A DNA stretch of 64,000 nucleotides from Takakia lepidozioides (taxonomy: Eukaryota; Plantae; Bryophyta). The stretch spans positions 48,174,001 to 48,238,000 of the forward strand of contig CM060731.1 of NCBI GenBank assembly GCA_030704615.1. Reading direction: 5' to 3'. The position numbers and the translations under genes were made by a program. The notes under the pieces are model-generated. The model was given only the letters and a program-made list of their open reading frames with translations, was not told where the DNA came from and did not search any database. Positions 37,744 to 48,140 of this stretch are shown in pieces. Positions within the stretch are counted from its first letter, which is position 1; every line of letters begins with the position of its first letter.

Positions 37744-40045
37744 ACAAGGAGTACATCCCCAGATTTATCTCTCATGTAGACTAGAACAGGTTCTAGAAAC
37801 AGGATTGTGTATCTTTCATGGCACACTCACACTCTAAAAATTCCATAGATTTTTAGCAGAGTCCCAAAAACAAAAACCAGGTCTAGATAGGTAGATTTCC
37901 CCTTTCTGCAGCTATCCCCTCAAAAACTGAGTCAAACGGAGCTCATTTGACGAAGATATGACCAACCAGGCTCTTTAAACATAACACCTTTTTCTTTTCT
38001 TTCCCCTTTTTTTTAAAAAAAAAAGACAAAACAAATACAAAGAAAACTTTAAAAAAAAAAAAAAAAAAAAATACTTGTCTTGGTTTCCTGTTCCCTGGTT
38101 ATCTACGGGTTCCCGAGGCCGTTCCCCCAACTCTATTTTCCATCAGTAAGGCCTGACGGGAAGGAGGGCCAACTCTTTCCACTTACACAGACATGCCAAA
38201 GGAGCAGGCCCTGACCAGCAAAAGGTTCGCCCACATGCATATCCCCCTGTGTAATGTTCTCTACTCATGCTTGCAATCAACCAACTTCAAAGCGTCCAAC
38301 ACCAAGCCTCGTTAAAGGGTCCAAAGCGCCTCGTTTATCTACAATGAAGGTGCACACCCTGAATAGTAACGGGTTAGCTCCCCTCCAGAGACGTAACCGG
38401 CCTGAATAGAAGCAAGAAACCAATCCTCTTTGATCTGCTCTTCACAGAACAGGAGAAATCTGATCGCCGTAATGCGTTGACACCACGACACGAGGCGTCG
38501 TCGAACGTCCTCCCTTTCTACTTTACAGCCACAGCCGCTCCTTCACAGCAACGATGCACTCTCCTTACACAGCGCCGCTACACACTGTCTTTTCCTCTAC
38601 TGGCTTCACAGACATGCGTCTGCTTTACAACACAATATTATTGCAAGATCTGCCACTCACGGTCGCAAAGACTGAAAGTCTTGATACTACAACAGTGACA
38701 TTGCCTGCACACAAGCCATAGCCACTCCTTCACATCGTACATGAGCAAAACCGCCGCACCTTGACACCTTCATGCGAGAAACTCCAAGTGCATAAAAGCT
38801 TGGACAGGTTCATTCATGGGAGAGTGCTTGCAAGGCACGGTGGCCTCAATCTGAAGCCACACTATTGTAGGTTATGCCAGCATCATCCAGACCGTCCCTG
38901 CATCTTGGATATGCATCCTCCAGCAGGGGCCGCTGCCTCCATTGCTCGACACTTGGGTTATATGCTCAGCCAGACCAGCAATGCCCTTGGCTGCTGCTAG
39001 CCCAGGCCTCAATGCTCCTCCAACGCTCTTAACAGTATGACAGGGAGCTCGCATTCCGATTCCAAAAAGACAAGAGGCCACGACTTGCAGGATTTGGCAC
39101 CTCACCTGGCAATAAACTTGCCGCTGGAATTGACGGGCCACTTACTCAACTCCCAAAGGGTACCCCGGTTGATCCAGCATCAGGCCTATCAATTACTGCC
39201 CTCATAAAACCGCAACTCTGCTCACGTCGTGCCAGTGTAACTGGCCTCGCCGTTATGCCCCAGGAAGTCGTAGCGGAACATGACGTGCTCACGTTAGTGA
39301 CCAAGGGCCTGAATCAGCTCCAAGACGACCTCAAACCAAAAAACAAGGCCACGACTCACTAATGGCAGAAATCAACAAGCGACTAGCCGCTCAGGCCATC
39401 TCCATCAAGACAGATATCAAAGAGGATTGAGTGGCCATGGAAAATAGGGTCTCAATCATCATGGCTGCCCGGCAAGAAGGACATCACACTGACCTCCTGT
39501 CGCTCCAGTATTCCATCACCAAGAATCTAGGTGCTAACTTAGCACTCTTCTACGAGCATGCAAATAAGGTACTTGAAACGCTACCCACCCCCCCCATGCA
39601 GGCTCAATCAACCCACAGGGCAAGGCGCGGCCATTATCGCAGAGAATGCACACCCAAAGGTTCACTAGCCGCTGGCTCTACTTGAACTCCCATTCGCTGC
39701 TCTCATTCACCGCAGCGGGCTCTATGGGGGCCCTAACATCACACCACCACCAGCTGCCATCGACATATCCTCCACAGGCGACGGCGCCCCTACAGTGGAA
39801 ACACACCTCACCAATGCCAACAGGAATCTGGACATACCACCATTACTCTCTCTTCTACCTATACCCCCGGAGTCCCACCATTGCGACTGAGGATGTGAGA
39901 CAAACTCCAGCTAGCGCCATTCTATGCTCATTGCTTGAGCTGTGTACAAGACCATGACCATCTATATTATAATAGTGCTTAAAAAAAACAAAAACATCAT
40001 ATCTAGTTTAGCACTGGAAAACTAGATAGAGTGATCTCTCTCGAG

Positions 40046-40402
40046 TGATAAGAAAGCTTGAAAGGACACACACTCTCAACACAAGAAACAGGTTATCCAT
40101 CAACATCACTCTTTGAAAACATAAGTCGAGCCAGGGGCACCCCAAGCTATGGGGACTCCACCCCACAGCAACCTGTACCCCTACATAAGCACACTCAAAT
40201 CTAAACGCATGCAGGAGCTTGGTCGCGCAGGCTCAACTCGAGAGAGATGAGCTGCGCGACTGCCGCTCTCGTGAAGATAAGACGGGTCAGGTGTCAAACT
40301 AAACTTGACACCTGATTTAACACTTGACCTAAATCCAAGTGTTGAATACAAATAACTAGCTTTATTCTAGCTAGTTTCACACTGTGCTTATTTAACTTGA
40401 CA
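40046..40402 (-). repeat. Terminal repeat X of a second, diverged family member inserted into gag of the first
   Basis: Same TGTCAAGTT start and CTTATCA end with a diverged PBS-proximal part. It abuts gag sequence (ccttggtcaacacc) at 40403 with no Y repeat. Confidence 0.9.
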
Positions 40403-42324
40403 CCTTGGTCAACACCCTGACCTCTACGTCCTTGGCCATGTTGAGCTTGCCCTTGGCCTGCACCTCGTGCCCGGCCACCTCGTCCTCTCTGGGCTGGTCC
40501 ACCTTGCCCCCGGCCACCATTGTTCCCTTGGAACTGGCCTGGGCGCAACTCAGGATGCAAGTCATAACACTGGGCATCTCCATGCCCATACTTGCCACAA
40601 TGCCCACACTGCAACTGTGCAGGCTGTGCTTGTGCCGGCCTTTTGCCACTCTCTGGGCAATCTCTCTTGACATGGGGTCCTCCACATGTCCAACATATCA
40701 CCCCTGGTTGCTGTTGGCTTGCAAAAGATGCCACGGGCCTCTGCACCTGAGGTCCCCTGTAAGCTTCATGGAACTTGGGTTGGGAAACCTTGCCCCCCTG
40801 ACCACGCTGTTGGGCAGTCCCTTGTGCCTGTGGGCTGGCAGCTGCATCTCGTGCAGGCATGTCCTTGCCAAATCCAATGGTAACAGTTCGCTCCTCCACC
40901 GTATTGAGCTCAATCCGCTCAGCCAGCAGAAACACATCTGCTAATGTGGGTTGGGCTGCTTGTAACAGGGTTGCATCTCGCACCCTTCTCTTGAGCTCCT
41001 TGTCCAGAATTCCATACCAAAATTGGATTGCCTGAGCTTCAGTAACCCCTTTGGTCACACTTATCAAGCGCCTCATACGAGTGTACGCCTCTCGGAGGCT
41101 CTCACTGGGTTTGCGCTGGAAGTCTTGCAAACTTCGCAGCTTCTCAGTCCGTACACCTTGGTAGTTCCTCCGCAACTCCTGGAAGAACTCCACCACCGGG
41201 TTGAATCTAGACACATGTGTTGTAGTCGTGGCAGGAAGAGTAGTAGCACCTTTTGAACTGGTACCACCTGCAGAAGTACCAGCACTACTTGCTACACTAC
41301 TAGTGCTGGCAGTGGGAGATATTGGTACTGATGCATCTACTGGTCGCGTCGTGCCTCGAGTAATGGAGACGTAGTCAGGTGACCAATACATCTTCCACTC
41401 CTCAATCTCTGCTTCATGTCCTCGCCTGAACTCGTGGTAATCGTCCATAAGCCTGGATAAAGTCATCCAACTCGATTGTGCCCACAGCTCCAGAGTACCT
41501 ACGAGGCCCCTTGGTAGCTCCATACATCTCCTCGATGTCGTCCCACAACAATGGCGAATGAAACTGCACACCTGTTGATGAAGCCTCCTAGTCTGTGTCT
41601 GACTCTGCACTAGTTGAGGGTGGAGGTGAAGGTGTTCTGAAACGAACACCTCGTCTGGTGAACCCACTCTCACTGCTACTGCCTGTAGCCGTACTCCCCT
41701 CAGAACCCCTGGGTAACTCCGTGATGACACTCACAATGTGCACCTCCCCCACGTGACACTATAAGGCTCTAATACTAATTCTAATAGTGACATGGGTGGG
41801 CACCTGTTGCAGTTTAAGGGTCATATCCCAGTGGCTTAGGGCACCTGCACCTGCATCCACCGCAAGAACTCCTATGGTTGGCTGGTCATCAACCCAGTCT
41901 CACCATAGAAGAAACACTGGTGGTCTTGCTGGTCATCACTCCAGCCTCACCACCGACAGCATACTCTAGGATTGACCGGTGATCAAATCTGGCCTAATCC
42001 CTATGAAAGCAAGCGCCCATACAAAACCAACATGGTGCACAGTCAAACATGCAGCACACTCACACTCAAAAAATTCCATAGATTTTTAGCAGAGTCCTAA
42101 AAACTAAAACCTAGATAGGTAGATAGGTAGATTTCTCCTTTCTGTAGGTCCCTGTGCAAGTTTTGGGTCAAACGGCCTTGGTAGGCCAAAGTTATGGCCA
42201 AACAGGCTCTATCTAATTTAGATTAGATCAAAGAACGAATTTCTTTTAATTTTTCACACCCAAAACGTTGTCGCCATCAAAAACTGTTCCCTGGTTATCT
42301 ACGGTTTCCCGAGGCCGTTCCCCT
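40403..42324 (-). pseudogene. Second, truncated gag plus leader (outer family member)
   Basis: Near-identical to 35027-36775 and 37821-38126, with a ~100-bp deletion at ~41450 causing a frameshift. Confidence 0.9.
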
Positions 42325-42500
42325 CGCACTGTGAGCACACTACTGCCCCATTTCCGGTGCAGTTTGAGCATAGAATGCTAGTGGCTTTACTTGGAGGCAT
42401 GGACTATGATGCCTGGACGCACACACGCCCCCGACCTGTTCTACACTGCGGAGGAGCACCATCACTGCATTTCCGAGCGCACTCCACAGCAGCAGTCTTC

Positions 42501-42503
<3 letters not shown>

Positions 42504-42546
<43 letters not shown>
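42504..42546. repeat. (GA)n microsatellite
   Basis: Pure GA dinucleotide run. Confidence 0.95.
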
Positions 42547-42548
<2 letters not shown>

Positions 42549-42838
42549 ATGGCGGGACTTACAACAATAGCACAGGGCATCACAACGTCCTTGGCATGAG
42601 CGGCATGGCGTGGGTGCCCTCAGATGCAGCTCACAGTAAGGGGCGATCTTGCATGGAGCAACCTCCTCTGTTGCACCAACTGTGCGCCGCCGAGAAGTGG
42701 CTCATCTGGTGGGAGCGACCTCAGGATATGCAGCAGCTACTGCTAGCACCTGTGGTGGAGAGCGGGGTTGGCGCGCTCCACTACGTAGTGAATGCCTGGA
42801 AGTCTAGTACACCACAACACTCTCTCTCTCAACCTGCC

Positions 42839-43045
42839 CTTAGAAAGAAAACCATTCAAAGTGATCCCTCCCACTGCATTTGTCTCCGCAGCGTTTTTAT
42901 AAATTGGATCCTCCCATGGGCTGCCACAAAATTGCAACAATCCATGTGTCTCTCTTTCATTGTCAGAACCACCAGAACTGCATGGTTGGAGGCGGCTGTT
43001 GAGAAAAGCTCCTCCAGCTCCTGAGAACGCAGTGCACCATCCCCT
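42839..43045 (-). pseudogene. Captured fragment of a mitochondrial Rho GTPase (MIRO) gene, second EF-hand region
   Basis: DGALRSQELEELFSTAA, then an intron-like spacer ending ttttgtggcag, then PWEDPIYKNAAETNAVGGITLNGFLSK. This resembles the plant MIRO motif L..xE.E.LFSTAP.SPW...Y..AAE....GG.....FLS as I recall it. Confidence 0.7.
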
Positions 43046-44189
43046 CTTTGAGAATCTTGGACTGCAGACTGATGTGCAGGGCCCTTCTTCAGATGTGCAA
43101 GCTGTTTCATTGACAGCCCCTGTGGAAGTCGACCCACAAAGCTTCATGCAAAGACAGCCCACCGAATCTTGATTTCCTTTTCGAAACCGACTGTATGGTG
43201 CGGATGCCTTGTTTCATTCTTTGAATCTATGTACCTCTTCTTCCTCTTCTTCCAGCACTTGCAGAATTTCACATAAGGCACTTTTGTGCTCCCTTTGGTG
43301 TTGAAATCCTTTTGGAATGTTGAAGTGTCGGTGGAATATCGGTGCCAATGTATGGCCCGTACACAGTTCAGATTTCGTGTCAAAGACTGCTTCCAACACC
43401 TCCCTCAAGGTGAGACCAACCCTGCCCTGAAACGCGAGGACAGCCTCAGCTTCGTCTGATATGAAGTAGACTTTTGACATGTAAAAAGGAGAATCAACAC
43501 CCTCCTCCAGCCGTGCCTACTGCAATGTAATCACAATGTAGTCACAGACACCAACATTCTCTCCTTCGCCACGCATCTTCGCATAGTTCACCATCGGCTA
43601 GGGAGTTGAGCCAGCATTGGAGGATTCATAGTTGGGAGGCATCCGTTTCTTTGCCGCCATGATCTTATATGCTTGTCTTTTCCTTAGCTCCTACTCGTAG
43701 CCGATGTCGAGAAGGCCAGGTCAGGTTCTGCTACGTGCTCACGATAGCCGGATCTCTGATCGTCAAAACAGATTGCTTTGCTCGGCCCTCAGTCCGTTAG
43801 TTGCGTAGGATATCACACTGCGAAGTCATCAACGTAATTCCTGCCCATCATCTGGCAGTAAACTACTTCTCCCGCAGGCCCTGCCTTGTACAATCGTAAT
43901 CATGAATGCCAATGACGACACAGTGTCTATAGCCGCACCCCAGCAAGCTGTTTTCCCCCGTGAGTTCATAAGTTGCTAAGTGGTGATCACAAGTAGAGCG
44001 GCAGCTCCGCCTCTCCTCATAGGCTCAAATCATCAAAAAACAAACAGATGGCATCGTCTCGCCCCACCTACACTTGCACACCCTTCCAAGCATTGCTCAC
44101 CTTCTTTCAACAAATCGCTTCTCTCACTTTTAAAACAAAAACCACAAGTGCTAAAACTAAACTCACCTCTGGCACTCACAGATGCAAGC

Positions 44190-44204
44190 CTCATCTCTCT
44201 CGAG
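44190..44204 (-). promoter_or_regulatory. Non-tRNA primer-binding-site candidate, complementary to a loop inside repeat X
   Basis: Minus strand CTCGAGAGAGATGAG directly after X; perfect inverted copy at 44387-44401. A 12-nt core is conserved at 40034-40045. Confidence 0.7.
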
Positions 44205-44552
44205 TGATAAGAAAGAACTAAACTCCAATAACAAGAGAAACACAAACCAACACCATCACTCTTTAAAATAGAAGTCGAGCCAGGGGCACCCCAAGCTATG
44301 GGGACTCCACCCCACAACAACCTATCCTCCCATCATAAACACACTCAGTTCTAAACGCATGTAGGAGCTCGGTCGCGCAGACTCAACTCGAGAGAGATGA
44401 GCTGCGCGACTGACGCTCTCGTGAAGATAAGACGGTTCAGGTGTCAAACTAAACTTGACACCTGATTTAACACTTGACCTAAATCCAAGTATTAAATACA
44501 AATAACTAGCTTTATTCTAGTTAGTTTCACACTGTGCTTATTTAACTTGACA
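44205..44552 (-). repeat. Terminal repeat X, 5'-terminal copy (348 bp)
   Basis: Starts TGTCAAG at the element end next to TSD AGTT; no Y repeat precedes it. Confidence 0.95.
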
Positions 44553-44657
44553 AGTTCTAATCGCGACATAGCAATTCAATTGTGTGCTTTCCCCAGCGAA
44601 CCTTAGAACTAATTGATCATCTGTTAGGATTGATTCTAGTTTTATTCTACATCTTTT

Positions 44658-44675
44658 TGGCGCCGCTGCCGGGGA
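44658..44675 (+). promoter_or_regulatory. tRNA-Asp-type PBS of the outer element
   Basis: TGGCGCCGCTGCCGGGGA, one mismatch from the Athila-type TGGCGCCGTTGCCGGGGA, 6 nt after the LTR end. Confidence 0.85.
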
Positions 44676-44880
44676 AAAGCCAATCGAGTGGGCTATTTTA
44701 GAACATTATATTATTGGTAAAAAAAATGTTGGATCAAAAGAGAAACTGAATTATGAAGCTTGTGAGGTTAGGGCTTTAAAAAAAAAATTGTCGGGGATTT
44801 TGTGTTTTTAGACTTTTGTTTTTCTTTGGTTTCAATTTTTCAATTTTCTTGGATGTGAAACAATTACATACCAATTCGAG

Positions 44881-45525
44881 ATGGAGCAATTTGTTTCTAC
44901 AACCCCTAGGGAAGCATATCTTTATAATTATTATGTGAACTTTCAAAGTGTGATTCAGCAACTTCAAAGAGAGAATTGTGGTCTTCATAGTGAAGTAAAT
45001 AGGTTGCGAGAGGAAAACTTAAATCTTTCACGGTCTGTAGAGGTAAATTCCTGGATGACACCTATTGAGACAGATCTTGCACTTCGAATTGGTGATTTAG
45101 GCATGGATATTTTGAACTTGGAGGCCAAACTCAAAGAGTTGGAGGGAAGGAATCATGATCTGACTGTTCAATTGAATTTGGCTCAAACGACAAATTTGGA
45201 AGAGATTCGGACAAAAGATCTTGAAGCCGAAGCTTTGCTGCAAAGAAATGAGGAGCATTTTCAAAGTGAGATTTTGACCTTGAAGGCAAAGTTAGATACA
45301 ATCTCAATCAAGAAGGAGAAATCATTACTGGACAATGAAATTTTGCAAGAAGAAAATCAACTCTTATACATGAAGGTGCAATTTCTTGATGATCAAGTTG
45401 TCACTCTCTTATCTCAGAAAGTAAGTTTTGAGCAAGATAATGCAATGACTATTCGACAATGTAAAGAAATTGCTTTGGAGGTCGTGCAAATAAGGGACCA
45501 ATTCACTCAATTGAGGAATTCGTAA
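44881..45525 (+). CDS. Coiled-coil ORF (214 aa) in the internal region of the outer LTR element
   Basis: Open frame rich in L/E/Q/K with heptad character; no recognised domain. Confidence 0.5.
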   Translation: MEQFVSTTPREAYLYNYYVNFQSVIQQLQRENCGLHSEVNRLREENLNLSRSVEVNSWMTPIETDLALRIGDLGMDILNLEAKLKELEGRNHDLTVQLNLAQTTNLEEIRTKDLEAEALLQRNEEHFQSEILTLKAKLDTISIKKEKSLLDNEILQEENQLLYMKVQFLDDQVVTLLSQKVSFEQDNAMTIRQCKEIALEVVQIRDQFTQLRNS

Positions 45526-46941
45526 GAAAACACAAATTTTGAGGCAAAGCTAAATTCTTGCAATTATAAAAAATCGCAAATTTCTTTGGAGGAGATCAAT
45601 TTGGATGTGTGTTCAAATTTTGATACATTGAAGGCCATTGAGGAAAACTCAAGTTGGAATGGTGATTGTGACAAATTGCTATTGTGCTTACAAACAACAA
45701 TGCAAGTGTATTACCATGGAGGTGATGATATTTTCATTTCTTTTGAAATTGATACAATTGTGAAAGTCAGGATCACAAAGAAGACCAAGAAAATGGTTAA
45801 TAATTATCTCATGATTGAAGAACAATTGGACCTTTTGGATGGATATAAGGCCAATATTGCAAAGTGATGATAGTGAATAATTTACAACCAATTGATATAT
45901 CTAATAGCATCATTGATTGTGAAGGACTATGTGTTATAAATCAGCCAAAAAAGTTGGAAGCTGATTTTTTCCAACAGACTTTCATTATGAGACACTTTTT
46001 CAAGAGTTTCTAATTTCTTTTTACAGATGATATTTCAATTTGGGAAATTGAGAACCAAGATAATTTGGACAATTATAAAGTTTCAACGGGATATCAAGAT
46101 TTTGGTGGACTATCCGAGTCTATTGGATGCACAATTGGTGAAGCAACCTGATCGGACAATTGAAGAAAGAGCTTAGCTGGTTTCATGTATGCGGTACATT
46201 TCAAATTTCGAATAATGATCAACAAAAGGTTCACAGTTTTGGATTAGCTGTGATGATACAATCAACAAATGGTGATGCGGTCTTCTCTGAAAACAATTGG
46301 ATTCCTAGTCTACAAGATCATGAAATTGCTTCGGAGTTCATCTCAACATTTAAGAAGGAGCTTGGTGCTAAACATTCATTCGATACTATATCGCTAATTC
46401 CTTCAAGAGATAATCCAATTAATTTTTAAAAAAAATATCTTCATATAAGACATTTTATAAATTGGCAACGATGGAGCTCAAGTATTTGGGATCCTGGAAG
46501 GAAGTGTTTTGGAGTGTAAGGACTTCAAGTCGTGCTTACTATATAAGCATAGGACAATATACCCCACAATACATCCGTAGAAAGTGCGAGGACGCACATA
46601 GATAAGTGTAGGAGTATGTCATGTATGTAATGGTGAAGAAGCTTGGAGGTGATGTAGTTCATAAGAAAAATAGAGTGATTCTACAAGAGTATATAGTTTG
46701 AAATATGAGTAGGGCTCTTTATTAGTTTCTTCTGAAATTATTATCAACAATTTTTTTTTAAAAAATCTTAAGGAAAATGGTGGAGACATTATGATGAAGG
46801 AAGAAGACATGTTCATAGCTGAGAAATTTGTGATTGTCAAGACGATGAAGTGGAGGAACCATATGCCAAGAAGATGATGACTTAGTTTTTTTCTTAAGAG
46901 ATAGTGTTTGCAGGGGCGCTGCACAACTAGGAGTATGGCTA

Positions 46942-47595
46942 TGTAGAATAATAGAAAATTCTTTGTGGAGTAGCATTTAGAATTGGAGTGCAAATGAACA
47001 AGAATTGGATGTGAAATTGCACTATGGGGTTCGATAATTTGATAGAATTGGGTAGGATGCTAGAACGGAAGTAAATTCAGATAATGGGGATGATAATTGG
47101 TAGGAATGGGGTTATTAGGATAGATGTTAGCCCATTGAATCAGTGCTAGGTAGTTATGGTAGTTAGAGTAGGACACTATGAGTTCCGATGTATTCATGGT
47201 CATTCGAGCGAGAGTGTCGAGGCCCTAGCATAGAAGATGCTAGTTTGTCGTTTTCAGTAGCTTAAGTAAGAGATAAGAAGAATATGAGTAGTGTGATGAG
47301 ACAAAGATCTGATGAAAGACTCTGTAAGCTTCATGTTAATGTGATGAGATGTTGGAGTTTAATGAGAAGAATTTTGTGTGAAAGAAAAAGATGAGGATTA
47401 TTTGATGAAGTGTGCAGATCAATACGAGAGGAATTTAATTGAGATGAATATTAAGACATTTATTGTTGGGAGACAATTAGATTTAGATATAGAGTTCTAA
47501 TCGCGACATAGCAATTCAATTGTGTGCTTTCCCCAGCGAACGAACCTTAGAACTAATTGATCATATTTTAAGATTGATTATAGTTTTATTCTACA
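46942..47595 (+). repeat. 3' LTR of the outer element (654 bp)
   Basis: TG...CA ends, near-identical to the reassembled 5' LTR. Confidence 0.95.
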
Positions 47596-47735
47596 ATCCG
47601 TCCATAGCTGCCACGGACCCTTGCACTTACCGCAGCCGGGTAGGCGGTTCGTTTAGCCCAACCTACACCGCAACTTGCCACGACCCCCTAGGCTAGTATG
47701 CCGTCACCCTGGCCGCGCGCGACCAGGGCTCATCA

Positions 47736-48140
47736 CTATGCAAAGGTTGCCTGGAAGAGAAACAACATCGAGGTCAATTTCCTAAAGATGGTGGACAAAG
47801 AGCCACAAGTATATTGGAGATTGTACATTCTGATGTGTGCGGGCCAATGCAAACCACATCACTTGGAAGAGCAAGGTGCTTTGTGACTTTCATTGATAAT
47901 TTGTCAAGAAGGATTGTGGTCAATTTCCTAAGGCAGAAAAGTCAAGTGTTAGAGAAATTCAAGGAGTTCAAAATACTTGCAGAAAAACAAATTGGAAAGC
48001 CTCTTAAGATTTTGAGATCTGACAATGGTGGTGAGTACATCTCAAAGGCTTTCAATCAGTTTTGTCAAGAGAATAGAATAACTCACAACTTACTGTTCCA
48101 TATATACCTGAGCAGAATGGTGTAGCTGAGCGGATGAATA
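47736..48140 (+). mobile_element. Ty1/copia integrase fragment
   Basis: CKGCLEEKQHR, LEIVHSDVCGPM, FVTFID, ILRSDNGGEY and, after a frameshift, PEQNGVAERMNR. Confidence 0.9.

Larger units (their letters stand above)
28377..44552 (-). mobile_element. Inner Ty3/Gypsy retrotransposon with split terminal repeats, encoding a DNA cytosine methyltransferase (chimera of two related copies)
   Basis: Ends TGTC...GACA. 4-bp TSD AGTT at 28373-28376 and 44553-44556; the empty site agagttctaa is visible in the sister LTR at 47491. Contains gag and PR-DNMT-RT-RH-IN-PHD. Confidence 0.93.
27814..47595 (+). mobile_element. Outer LTR retrotransposon, Athila-like, non-autonomous (no gag-pol seen), 5' LTR split by a 16.2-kb insertion
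   Basis: LTRs TGTAGAATAA...TTATTCTACA: 5' copy 27814-28376 plus 44557-44651; 3' copy 46942-47595. 5-bp TSD ATCCG at 27809-27813 and 47596-47600. PBS at 44658. Confidence 0.93.

Noticed and set aside
40294-41730. 478-aa ORF as an independent gene
   Set aside because: It is a frameshifted, truncated gag copy running into repeat X.
28463-44552. Conventional LTR element bounded by the two X repeats alone
   Set aside because: No PPT directly precedes the internal X and its flank (acaa) does not match AGTT; the TSD lies outside repeat Y at 28373-28376.
28377-44552. DIRS/Ngaro tyrosine-recombinase element, suggested by split repeats plus a methyltransferase
   Set aside because: No tyrosine recombinase ORF seen. 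The element has an aspartic protease, a DDE integrase and a TSD, and the MTase is C5-type rather than the adenine-methylase-like domain of DIRS elements.
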